64,000 bases of DNA, taken from NCBI GenBank assembly GCA_025558095.1, contig JAIVFI010000003.1, positions 372,001 to 436,000 on the forward strand. Reading direction: 5' to 3'. Made by a program: the position numbers and the translations under genes. Each line of letters begins with the position of its first letter. Position 1 is the stretch's first letter. Shown here piece by piece: positions 46,039-57,800 of the stretch. Below the pieces are notes generated by a model. The model was not told the origin of the DNA, ran no database searches, and was given only the letters and a program-made list of their open reading frames with translations. Source of the stretch: Hyaloraphidium curvatum SAG 235-1. Taxonomy: Eukaryota; Fungi; Monoblepharomycota.

Positions 46039-49000
46039 ATGCCGCTGTTCCGCGACGACGTCGTCGCCGACAGCCTGAATTCGGAGCGCATCGGGCTGGT
46101 TGTCAAGGGGTGGGATGAGGACAGCGACCTGGACTCGGACGACGGAGGGAGGGGCCCGGGAGGCAGGGAGGTGAGACTCGCTCCGGAGCGCTCCGCCCGG
46201 CGACTCCGGGTTCCTTGGGGCAAAGACTAACGTCCATCGCCCCCTGCGCATCTCATTCAACGTCCAGGCGGAGCCTCGGCAGTTCCGGGTGTGCTTTTTC
46301 GACGACCCGGAGTCGGTCCCCTACCATGTGATTCCCGAGTCGAGGCTCCTGCTGCTCGACCGCTCGTTCCTAGTGGGCGACATCGCCAAGTACCCCGTCA
46401 AGGTGCCCGGGACACCCTCGCCGGAGCCGGCGAACGACTTTTCCGACGGCGACTCGGTCACGGAGGTAACCTCCGAGGTCATCCGCGTGGAAGGCTTCGC
46501 GGGCAACTCGATCCAGGAGCAGAGCGGGACCATACTGCGCGTGCACATGAGGGTGACCCTGGAGCACGTCATGACCGGCCGGAAGGTGGAGGACGTGGAT
46601 GCGCGGGACCTGCAGTACGTGCACGACGTCGAGGAAGGCGACGCCGTGGTCCTGGACAACTGGTTCGGCGTCGTCAAGGACGTTTTCGACGAGGTCACGG
46701 TTGCCTTCGAGGACGGATCCATTTGCGTGATCAACGAACCGCCGGACCTGACGCCGGTGGAGCGCTACCACGAGAACTCGGTCTTTGCCAGCACGCGGGT
46801 CTATCCCGGGCTGACTGTCCGCGCCGATCCCGATACGTGGACCAACTCGGGGCACTGGATCCAGGGCTCGTACCGCAAGAACGTGCACAAGGTCGGCGTC
46901 GTGGTGAACGTCAAGACCTACAGCGCGACCGTCAACTGGACGGTCCGCAACACGCTCCTCGAGCACGAGGGCGAGGACGAGCCGGAGCCGCCGCCGACCA
47001 GTCTGTCGGACTTTTCCAGCGTCAAGGTCCTCAGAAGCTCCCAGGAGCATGGGAGCTTCCAGATCGGGGACAAGGTGCAGTTCAGGAACCGGCAGCGGGC
47101 CTTGGACCTCTTCGGGTACAGCGCCGACGACGACACGCTCGTCAACCAGTGCCTGGTTGTCCGGAAGACCAGCACGGCCGTCGACGTGCTGTGGCAGGAC
47201 TCGTCGCTGTCCATGGGCGTGCCGACGTGCAAGCTCATCCCCTGCAACAACATCGACGACCAGGAGGTCTGGCCGATGGACTACGTCGTGTACACCCCGC
47301 GCGCGCAGGCCGCGGAACCGAGCAACCTGTCCAAGACTGCCATGGTCATCTCTGCTTCGGCCGCGGATCGGACGTGCGTGATCGCGTGGCTCAAGGACGA
47401 CATGCGGACCCTCGGCGACAAGGAGGACATGTCGGTGTATGAGGTGCGGCCGCACTCGGAGTGGCAGTTCCGCCTCGGCCACACAGTCCTTGTCACGGGC
47501 GACAATTTCTCGGGGGAGAACCTGCCGGAGCTGGACGTGGAGACGGAATGGGTCGGGGAAGTGACGGATATTGCGTTTGCCGGACGGGTCACCGTCCACT
47601 TCCCGCTCAGCGGAAGGCAAATGGACTTTCTTCCGGGCCAGCTTCTGCTGCTGGAGAACGGAAACCAGGCCGATGTGACCTCGGAGGAGGACACTTCGCG
47701 GGCGCGGCGTGGAACGGGCCTCGGCCTCAATTTAGAGGACTCGGACGATGTCACCTTCTACGGCTTGGAGAACCGATCGCGGGGCCGTCGACGCGACCGA
47801 CGCGGACTCCTGGACACGAGCAGCCACGACAGTGCGGAGTCGCCCACGACGTGGGAACCGGACGATTCGTTCGATCGGCCATCGCGCGGGACCTGGGAGG
47901 ACACGGACATCATCGAGTTTGAAAGCGCGTCGCCGTACGGGAACTACCGCGAAGGAGACTACCTCAGGGTGCAGGTCGTTGGCAAGGACGAGGAGGAGGA
48001 AGAAGAGGAGGACGAGGTCGCCGGCGCTGCAAACCCGCCCGCACCTGCTCAGTCAGCCGAAGGCCAACCAGAAAGCGAGGCGAAGCAGTCGCCAACGATA
48101 CCTCCGGGTGCTCTTTCGGGAGGATCGGGGTCGCCGCGGCGGCTCTCGCGGACCGGTGCTGCTGTCAACTCGTCGCCGCCGCGGGACGATGCAGGCTCGA
48201 CCTCGGAGCTGGGCGACAACGATTCCGAGTTCTTTGTGCGCTTGCGCCACCTTCGCCGACATGAACGAATCGATCCGTCCTCGGATGCCTCCTCCGAGGG
48301 CAGCCGGCACTGGGACGTTGAGTCGGAAACCTCCTCGCTGAGCGAATCCTCGGGCGTGCTCGCCATCGGACGGTTCTTCAACCGCTTTGCGATCGTCGAC
48401 ACCCCGCCGCCAGCGAACCACCGCTTCCTCTCGAAGGCGGGCCCCTCCCAGCAATCCAAGGCCTTCGCCAAGAGGATCAAGCGAGAATGCGACATGATGG
48501 CCATGGGCCTGCCCGACGGCATCCTCGTCCGCTCCTTCGAGTCGCGGCTGGACCTGCTCAGGGCGCTCATCGTCGGGCCGCCGCACACGCCGTACGAGGC
48601 CGCGCTGTTCCTCTTTGACCTGTACCTCCCCCCCGAGTATCCGGCCGACCCGCCGCAGGTGCACTTCCACAGTTGGACGGGCGGCATGGGCCGGCTGAAC
48701 CCCAATTTGTACGAGGAAGGGCGCGTGTGCATCTCCCTGCTCGGCACGTGGCACGGCAAGGAGGACACCGAGACGTGGTCGTCGCCGTCTTCCTCGATCC
48801 TGCAGGTCCTGCTCTCGATCCAGGGCCTTGTCCTCGGGGTCGAGCAGCCCTACTTCAACGAGGCCGGTTACGAGCGCCTGGTCGGGAACCAGGAGGACAT
48901 CCGGAACGCCGCCATCTACTCGGAGCGGGCGTTCCTCCTTTCCGTGCGCAGCATCCTGCACGTGCTCGAGGAAAGCCCGGAACCTTTCGAGAAGGAGGTG

Positions 49001-49404
49001 CACGGGTTCTTCGGCGAGCCCATGTGCAACCTGGAGCGCATAATCGGGCGGTGCGAGGCCATCGTCAGGCGGACGGAGGAGGACGGCGCGGGGACGGTGG
49101 TCGTTTCGCACGACACAGATAGCCTCAAGGACAAGGACAGCGATGCCGGGTGGAGCGCGGTGGAAGATCGGCGCGTGGAAGGCGGGATCATTCGCTCTGT
49201 GTCCAAGGGCTGTCTGAAACTGCTCAAGGTGGGTGGTGGATGAATCGCAAATAGTGCAGTAGGCTGACGGTTTCTTGCGACCGCCTACAGGCACAGATCG
49301 AGCAACTCAAGTCCTACGCCAGCCTGCTCCCTTCTCCCATCGTCGACACCTCGGCACAAACACAAACTGCCGACGACGCAACATCTGGATCTGGCGCCGG
49401 GTGA
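46039..49404 (+). CDS. UBE2O: UBE2O-like E2/E3 hybrid ubiquitin-conjugating enzyme
   Basis: LLDRSFLVGD and VDVLWQD conserved regions; UBC domain RLNPNLYEEGRVCISLLGTW, SSILQVLLSIQGL, PYFNEAGY. Confidence 0.9.
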
Positions 49405-49447
49405 ATGCCGGCGGCATCGATCGCGATGTAGCGGCCCCTGAACATGT

Positions 49448-50395
49448 TCAGTCGGAATCGCTCCCGCTGCCGTCGTCCACCGGTGCGCTCTGTTCCCCAT
49501 TGGCCTGCCCCTCGGATGCCTTCTTTCGCTTGCGGCGTATTCGCGGCTTCCGCGGCCGTTTGCGCTTTCCGCCCGTTCCGTTTGCCGGTGTGCCATCCGC
49601 GTCCGCTTTTTGTGCGGCCTCTTCCACGTCCCCGCCCGCTTCAGCGTCAAAGTATTCGGTCTCCGAGGTCGGTAGATGCGGCGAGGCTTCCCTGACCTCG
49701 GCCGGCCCTTCCGATGGTTCCCGGCTCCACTCCCGCTTCGCACCGGCGGCCGGCTCCGCCTTTAGCTTCTTTGGCTTCTTGATCGAGAGCGGGTTGGGCT
49801 CCTTGCGCTTCTTCTTCTTCTTCGCGGGCTCCTCGGCCTTTGCCTCGATGTCCAGGCCCTCCGCTTTGAGCACCTTCTTCTCGAAATCGACCGGCATCGT
49901 CTTTGCCTGCTCGAGCTCGGCCACCGTGTGCTCCGTGGCCGGGCTGGGGCTCTCGAGCACCACGACATTCTTGCTGATGAGCACCAGCGGGGTCCCCGGC
50001 ACCTCCCTCAGCCGCTTTCGCAGCGCCAGGTCCTGCGTGGCCACGCAGTATCGGTGCTTGTTGTCCTCCCCCACTATCCCGAGGATGCAGGTCGCCGCGT
50101 CGACGGGCTTCCCGGTGTGCGGGCACCGCCGCTTCTCGAGCCTCTTGACGGCCAGCGCCGTCCCGCCAAAGTCCGGCCCCAGCGCCCTGATCTCGGCCAG
50201 CACGCACTGCGTCGTCATCGGCCGCACAGTGCCCGCGAGCACCTTTGGCAGCTGCGTGCGCGGGTCGAGGCGGCCGGCCAGCGCGGCGTGCACGAAGTTG
50301 CCGTCGAGGAGCACCTGGTACGGCTCGCGGAAGCCGAAGGCGTGGTGGTACACGGCCATGCGGCGGCGCGCGGACTTGGCGCGCTTGACGCGCAT
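49448..50395 (-). CDS. UTP23: rRNA-processing PIN-domain protein Utp23, intronless
   Basis: MRVKRAK, FGFREPYQVLLDGNF, RRCPH, YCVATQD..LRKRLREVPGTP, EPNPLSIKKPK. Confidence 0.95.
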   Translation of the reverse strand: MRVKRAKSARRRMAVYHHAFGFREPYQVLLDGNFVHAALAGRLDPRTQLPKVLAGTVRPMTTQCVLAEIRALGPDFGGTALAVKRLEKRRCPHTGKPVDAATCILGIVGEDNKHRYCVATQDLALRKRLREVPGTPLVLISKNVVVLESPSPATEHTVAELEQAKTMPVDFEKKVLKAEGLDIEAKAEEPAKKKKKRKEPNPLSIKKPKKLKAEPAAGAKREWSREPSEGPAEVREASPHLPTSETEYFDAEAGGDVEEAAQKADADGTPANGTGGKRKRPRKPRIRRKRKKASEGQANGEQSAPVDDGSGSDSD

Positions 50396-50524
50396 CGTTC
50401 CGGGGGGGACCAGATGGTCTGTTTGCGGTTGTTGATCCTGGCGTCGCGCGATTCCTCGATCTGCCTTCACTCCCGACTCGACCAGCTTCCTTCCCCCTAG
50501 TCCAACGTTGGATCCAGGCCAGGA

Positions 50525-50806
50525 ATGAGCCAGGCCACCAAGTTCGCCGACCTGGCGCAGAAGGGCATCGCGCTGTTCCTCTTTGGCGGCGCCGTGTGGA
50601 TGGGCACCGAGGCGACCATCCTGGGCTACCGCATGTCGCAGGCAGCAAAGGAGCGGATCCGCGTCGAGGTGCGTGTTCCTTTTTGTAGTTTGGTTGAGGC
50701 GAAGGCGCTGAAAAGGACCTCCGAGCAGCAAGAGCGGCTGGCCAAGGAGGCCAAGGAGAACCCCGATGCGGCGGCGGCGCCCGCGCCGACGACCAACGCG
50801 GCATGA
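50525..50806 (+). CDS. Small single-TM protein, COX14-like cytochrome c oxidase assembly factor
   Basis: About 70 aa after removing a GTGCGT..AG intron; KFADLAQK + one TM + charged tail resembles the COX14 family. Confidence 0.55.
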   Translation: MSQATKFADLAQKGIALFLFGGAVWMGTEATILGYRMSQAAKERIRVEVRVPFCSLVEAKALKRTSEQQERLAKEAKENPDAAAAPAPTTNAA

Positions 50807-50991
50807 GGCGGTTGTGCACCCGAATGGACTTTCTCGACCCTGGTGGTTAAAGGGACGGTGCTCGGACATGGATAGTTGCGGTTGCGGGGGTGTGCAGGCC
50901 GTGATTGGTGGAGGGCGAAGCTGGGGACGCGGGCGCGCGATTCAAGCCTGGCCGCATGTCTATGTCGGGACAGACTACATCAATTTCCCGC

Positions 50992-51950
50992 TCAGTGGTG
51001 TCCGCTGTGCGTGCGGGCCTGCGTGGACGGGGTGAGCGGCGTACGGAAGGAAAGCAAGTCCAGACACCCACGCCCTCGACCTTGTAGCCAATGATGTTCC
51101 GCCGGCCGATCATCTCGCCAACCGTGAAGAACCCGAGCACCTCGAGACCCCTGGCGGCCATGCTGCGAAGCTGGCCGACGGACACGTTGCGCCAGGTGCC
51201 GGTCGAGAAGGAGCGGAAGAAGCCGACGAGGCCCTCGCGCGCCTCGGCGAGCTGGCCGGGCAGGGCGAGGGGCGACATCTGCTGCTGCGCCGCCGAGGTG
51301 CGGATGACCTCGAGGACGACGCGCAGGTTGTAGAGGACGGGCTCGACGATGCCTGCGGGGGGCGGTGGAGGTTTAGCTGGGCTGTTGCACGGCACCCCAC
51401 GGCACCCCGGGAGGGGCACGGCATCGCAGGAGAGGGCGAGATCCGGCAATGCAGAGAGCATGCATGCCCTGCCTCGATGGTCCTCGGCAGCCGCAGGAGG
51501 CCGCAATGTCGGCCAGAGGCCGGATGCCAGAACGGGATGGCGCAGGGCGCCCCCACGCCTCCCGCCCGGCCTCCGGCCGCCACGACGCCGCCCTCCGATG
51601 CGAAAACCATATCTGCCGCCGGATTCCGCGCATGCCGGGGCCGGATGGCGCCTCCCGTGTGGGCTGCGCGGGCCACTGCAGAACGCCGCCACGCAGCCCC
51701 CCGCGGCCATCCGCGCCCCATCCGGCCGCCCGACGTGCCGCGGACCGCGCCACTCCACCACGGCATCCCCGCGCGCCTCCCGGCGTCTCTCAGAGGGACA
51801 CTCACGGCGGTTGAGCGTGCCGACGATGCCCGAGGCGAGCGCCGCGGGGTCGCGCGAGGCCTGCTTCGAGGGCGCCGACGAGCGGAACGCCGCGCGCTGC
51901 GCTACGGCGCGCGCGCCGAGAACGGCCGCGCTGCGGGCGACGCGGAACAT
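50992..51950 (-). CDS. ATP20: Mitochondrial ATP synthase subunit g (3 exons)
   Basis: Presequence MFRVARSAA; YNLRVVLE, LEVLGFFTVGEMIGRRNIIGY; introns 51353-51805 and ~51019-51071. Confidence 0.92.
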
Positions 51951-52334
51951 GGCGGTGAACGAAAGCGGCGTCGACCGTGCGGAAAGGGGTTTGGCGCGCG
52001 AGGAGAGGGGCGGGGGCGCCGGGCGCTCGCCGGGCCGAAGTCTGAACCGGACAGCGCCTTTCCCACGGAAAGGGTACCTCCGAGCACCCGTGTCCTCCCT
52101 AGCTCCTCTCGGAAGAACATCTTCCACATTTCCAGAGGGCCAATTTCACCACCAAACCGCTCGAAACGGGCCGAAGCCTTAGTCACCGCCGCCGATTCCA
52201 CCGGCCACTTCCCGACCTCTTCGGCACGTTCTTAAAAGCTCAGCGGCAGAAACAATCACTCTTGAGCCCTGTCTCGAAGCTCATCAGCTGAGACAATCTC
52301 CCTTTCCCGTTCTAAACACTCATAAATCAAGACA

Positions 52335-53583
52335 ATGGAGATTTACGGCAAACCGTAGGTCAGGCTCGATGGGCTGCTCATCTTGACCTTACCGGCTCCT
52401 TGCAAAGGTACCCCCGTCCATCGGAGATCACTTTCCGTGTGGCACACGGCCTGCGGATGGCAGGAAAAGTGTGGGGTCAGCCAATCACGAGAACCGGCCT
52501 GCAGAACGTCACCGAGTGCGGCGATATCAGAATTGTGGCGCTCCACGGATTCCTGGACAATGCCGCGACGTGGGACCTCCTCATGCCCTTCTTCCTGCGG
52601 TACATGGCGGCCGCCGTGCCGTCCATGTCGGTCACCGTGGTGGCGCTCGACTGGGCCGGGCACGGCCTGTCGGACCACCGGAACCCGCAGTCGGACTACT
52701 CGACGTGGCGCTACGTCGAGGATCTCCGCTACGTGTTCGAGGAGCTCAACTGGAAGCGGGCGATCGGGCTCGCACACAGCATGGGCTCGGGAGCCCTGTG
52801 CCAGTTTGCCGGCACCTTTCCGGACCTGATCAGTCACTTGATCCTCGTCGACAGTGGGTCTCTTCCGCGGCTCATGTCATGATTGCCTGTTTGATTGCTG
52901 ACCGCGCCCCTTTTACAACAGACTTTGGCCCTTGGTCCCGCCCCGGCAAGTACGCGCCGATGGAGCTCATCTACCACCTCCGAAAGTCGCGCGCCCTCGT
53001 GACCAAGGCCAAGCCGACCTACACCACCGTCGAGGCCGCCACCGTGGCCCGGATGAAGGGCCAGAACCCGCTCTCGGAAAAGGCCGCCAAGCCGCTGGTC
53101 GCCCGCGGCCTGATGGAGGTCGAGCTGGGCACGGACACGTTCGAGGACGAGGAGGAGGAGATGGAGGACTCGGACTCGCAGCCGGACCGGTCGCGCTCCG
53201 CCGCGCCGGAGAAGAAGCTGTACACGTGGCGCACGGACCAGCGCCTGACCATCGGCGCCGCGCAGCACTTCTCCGAGGACGCGGCCGAGGCGTACATGGG
53301 CCGCATCAAAAGCCCCGTGCTGGCGCTGCTCGCCAAGACGGGGCACTGGACCAAGAACGCGCGGCCGATGCTGGACGCGCGGATTGAGCTGCTCAAGAAT
53401 GCGACGGGGGATCTGGTGGTGGAGCTGGTCGATTCGACGCACCATCTGCACCTGGAGGAGCCCGAGCTCACGGCCAAGCTCATCGTCGAGTTCCTCAAGC
53501 CGCGGTTGGCGATCCTCGACAAGCCGGCGCCCAAGCGCAAGCAGAAGGGGATCGTGGAACAGGGCGTCGAGGCCAAGCTCTGA
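52335..53583 (+). CDS. Alpha/beta hydrolase, SERHL-like
   Basis: ALHGFLDNAATW, ALDWAGHGLSDH, nucleophile AHSMG, HHLHLEEP. Confidence 0.88.
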
Positions 53584-53697
53584 GGATCAGGAAGCATGGG
53601 GCGAGATGGAGCGGATAGAACTTTAGATCACACTTTGGAAGCGCAGGAATTTGTATTGCCGAACTCAATGAAATGCCATTTGGAAGATTGCACAAGC

Positions 53698-54708
53698 TCA
53701 AAAGTCGAACGCCAAGCTGAACGATAATGATTAGATGGCTCTTCGCCGGTGACCGATGTTCCCACAGTACCCACATCCGGAGGAGGGGATTGCCGCGTTT
53801 CTTGCCCTTCCCACCCTTCCGCTTGCCGTACCGCGCCTCGGCTTCCTCCTCCAGCTCCGCCGCACGCTTTGCAGGGTCCCACCTGAGCAGGACACGCCGA
53901 TCAGACCGCGAGATCGCGGAGGAAGCAGGCGACCCACCCTCGCTGCACAGCTGGCCCCGACTGTGCGCGCTGCACCCCGCGATCACCCCTGACAAACACC
54001 CCGTGGTACTCGTCCTTCTTCCCCTTCCGGCCGTCGTCCGAGCTGCCGCTGCTCGTCCCTTCGCTGGTCCCCGATGAGGTGCCGGAAGAGGTTCCCGACG
54101 AGGTGCCCGAGGACGTGGAGGCGTCGGACCGCCGGCGCCGGTGCTTGCCCGTTTCGGCGCGGGGCTCCTCGCGGGCCTCGTCACGCCGGGGAGGGGGCAC
54201 GTAGCCTCCCTCGGTGACGCGCTCGATTTCCCGTTCGAGGTACTGCTGTTGGGCTGCATGTAGACACATCAACGGCTTGGTCCGGGGGAGTTGGATAAAA
54301 GCCACCTTTCAGGTCCCCGATGCGAGCGTCGAGGCTCTGGATGTAGTTCCGCGCGTTCTTTTCGAGGTCTTCGGTCTCGCGGTAGCGCGAAATCGCCTCG
54401 TCCGCGCGGCGGAACGGGTCGTCGGCGGAGGGAACTGGTGCCCGCTCACCCTCGCCTCCGAACCGCGGGGTCACGCCAGGCGCTGCTTGACGGTGAGGTT
54501 CGCTGGTCACGGGCTCGTCGGGCTGAGAGAAAAAGCGCTCGCCCGTGCCCGGCTCCGGGACTTGGCCGCGTTCGACGGCCTCTGCGAGGGCCGGGTGCCT
54601 CTCGGTTTCGTGGTACACCGCTCTCGTGTCGTGCTCGGGGTTGGGAGCGCGGGCCGCGTCGTGATGGATCGCGTGCCGCCGCTCCAAGCTATCCAAGACG
54701 TTCCCCAT
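53698..54708 (-). CDS. Hypothetical hydrophilic protein (4 exons), possible N-myristoylation
   Basis: MGNVLDS start, coiled coil, (SSGT)n tract; three GTGG(C/G)T..CAG introns give one continuous frame ending RILAFDF*. Confidence 0.65.
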
Positions 54709-54852
54709 GGTTGTTCGCGTTTGGGAAGGTGTGTTGGTGGACAGCTGGCGGTGAGTCAGCGGAGGCTTCCACTCCGCCGCATCACATCACCGCAAAGTTG
54801 ATGCTCGGCGAAACCAAGCAGGCCGTCCTTCCATTCGAGGGGCAGGATCTTT

Positions 54853-57800
54853 TCAAACAACGCCAGCTAGATGGGCACTAAGAATTCTCCACGGCACAGA
54901 AGGGAGCTCCGCCGTCAAGAAAGCGGCTGCCAGCTCCTCGCGCGATCCCAGCGCGCGTTCCACCTCGTCCAGCCCGTCCACAGCAGCACGCACTCGCGCA
55001 ATCGCCGCAGCCATCGCCTCGGGCCTCGGGATGTCGTTCACCGCGAGCGTGCGGCCCAGGATGCGCGCATCCGCCCCGCTCAGTGACGTCCAAACTCCAG
55101 CTGCGCCATCCGGTCCCTGGGCAAGGCCTGCCATGTACCTGCCCATGAGGACGGAGGCGGGCGACGAGGGATCCGCGCCACCGCCGTCCCAAAGCGCTCC
55201 CCCGACCACAGTCTCAGTCTGCTGGTCCAATTCCGCGACAAAGTTCTCGTTCAGCAGCGGCCGGTTGTTCGGCACCGCACCCTCGCCAACTGGCGCAGCC
55301 GCCGCCATCTTCCGGAAAAGCTGGGAGCGGTAAAAGGCCACCACGAGCTTTGCGTTCCACACCGCCTCGCAGTCCACCGTTGCGAGACCGTGCAAGGTCT
55401 GGTAGAGGGCAAGGTAGGTTTGCAGTACGTCGGGCTTGTCTTGGGCCAGGCACTCGCGCAGCACCGAGGTGCAGAACGACGCGAGCCGCACAGCGTCCGG
55501 GTTGTCCCCCTCTTCGCATACGCATAGGTGCGTGGCAAAGGCCAGAACATGCGGATCCGCCGAAAAAGACTTGACAATGTCCTGCAGCAGGCCAAACTCG
55601 GCATCGGAACCACCGTCTGCCGAAGCGCTCGCCTCGCCGGCGCCAAAGACCTTGGGGAAAGAGCGGGCAAAGAGGCTCTTGAAGCCCCGAGGGTCCTGGG
55701 ACCGGCAAAGATCTCATTAGATCGATTCGCACCTGGCGAACCGCGAGCACTCACTTGGTTGTAGCTCAGGTGCCCGGTCTTTCGTTTGACAAAGACGGTA
55801 CGCGTTTTTGTCAGGCGGGCGGAACCTTCGGAACCGTCACGCAGATCGATGGCCACAGGGTAGTATCGCGGGCTCTCGATCGACACAGACACGAGGCGGT
55901 CCCACTCCGGGAAGAGGCAGGGCGTGACCAACTGCAGGTTTTCGACCCTCGACGGCATACCCTTTTCGGCCGGTGCCTTGACGGCGATCGTAACCGGCAT
56001 CTGGCAAACCTCGCGGGTCTCCACATCGCGCGTGACCAGGCACCTCGGCTCGGCTGCGAGAACCCAGAGGTGTCGCATGGCTTGGAGGTGGGCCCGGTTG
56101 TCGCTCACGTGCGTGGGAAACTTGGGGTAAAGGCAGCAGAAGAGGGCGGCGATCGCGATGTCGCTGGTGCCCAGGGTGTAGGCGCCCTTGGCCAGGAAGA
56201 GAAATCCCATTGCCATGGTCGTCGCCATGTGATCGCCGTAGCTGACTTCAGACGACACCCGGCCAAACATCCGCCGGGTACGCCGCAGGACTTCGAGATC
56301 GCCGGTTCCGGCCATAACGACGGCGGCGCACACCAACGTCGTGTCCACGCACGTGCGCACAGTCACGCGCAGAACCTTGTCCGCTACAGTGACCACGGGA
56401 GACGACAGCATCTCGTAGAACCAGTCAAAGTAGAACAGCAGGGTCTTGCACGCCTCTGCGTGGCCCGTGCCGGCGTACTTGAGTGCTATGCTCAGGCACG
56501 CGCCAGCGACGATGTTGTAGAGAGCCATGGTAACGGCTTCGAACTTCGCAGCGTCGTAGGGCTCGTTCTCCAGGTCCGGGTCGGCGGCCAGTTGGTAGGT
56601 GCTGCGGATGTACTCGGGGCTCTGGTTCATCACCCACCGCCGAGTCGGCTTGATGTCGCTCCACATGATGAGGCTCCGGCACATCACGCGAAGCATCATG
56701 AAGTCGGGGCGCATGTAATCCATCATGACCGGTGAGTCCGGCAGCACCAGCTTGGACGCGATCGCCTCGTTCTCGGTGCGAAGGAACATCAGGCCCAGAG
56801 CAATGAGCGCACCCGGCGCCGTTACGTCCACATTGATCTTGTCCGTCTCCCGGTACGCGGCCGATTGCACGGAAACCATGTTGCCCATGCCCGCCGTGCG
56901 GGCCTTGAGCATCTCCTTGTCGCGCTTCCTGTCCGTTCCGCCGTTCATGTAGCGGAAAAGCTCGTCCACCATGCGCAGATCGCTCAACCCGGCGGCGTCG
57001 TTGCCCTTCCCCAGCGTGATGAAACCGAGCGCGAATCCGCAGGCGATGGAATAGCCCTCTCTGAACTGGTTCACCGACACCGATTCGTTGACCGTCATTG
57101 GAGTGTCCCGCCGGCCGATCTCGTTCAGGAGGACCTCGACGTTGCGGCGGTGGAGCGACTTCATGTAGACGAGGCCGATGCCAAGCACGCTCGCGATCTG
57201 CGTCGCCGATGAGACATTCATGTCCGAAGCATTCTGGGGAAGGAGTGCCGGGACATGCACTGCAAGCATTCGGGTGACTTGGTCGTTGCACGTGCCGACG
57301 TGAGCGGCGGAGAGTCCGAGGAGAAGGCCGATGGAGGTCAGATCATGCTTCGAGGTGAGGTAGGTGAGGGAATGGTACGAGGACATTTTGCGGAGGTGCC
57401 CATTCAATCCCAGGGCGAGGAGAAAGCCAGCGTGCCTAGGTGTGGTGACGTCGTCGGGACGATGGTACACGATCCACGAGCTGTCGACGTCGGGGCAGTC
57501 GGGCGAAATCCGCAGGCCAGTGGCTACGCCGTCGTGAAACTCTGGCCAGTCGATCGAATCCGTCGGAAAGGGGCTGAGGTCGAGTGTCACTGTGGAGCGG
57601 CCAAACTTGGCCGTGACCGCCAAGGAACGGTTCTCGATGTCCGTGCTGGCGAGGACATCAACGCTCGCAAAGTCGAAGATGGCCCTGCCTGCCGGGATGG
57701 CAAACGTGCGGCTGGCTAGTACCGTCAGGTAAGCCTGTTGTTTCGCCGGGACTTCGGCAGGGCTGCGAATGCACGAACGAATCAGGTCAGGCAAAAGCAA

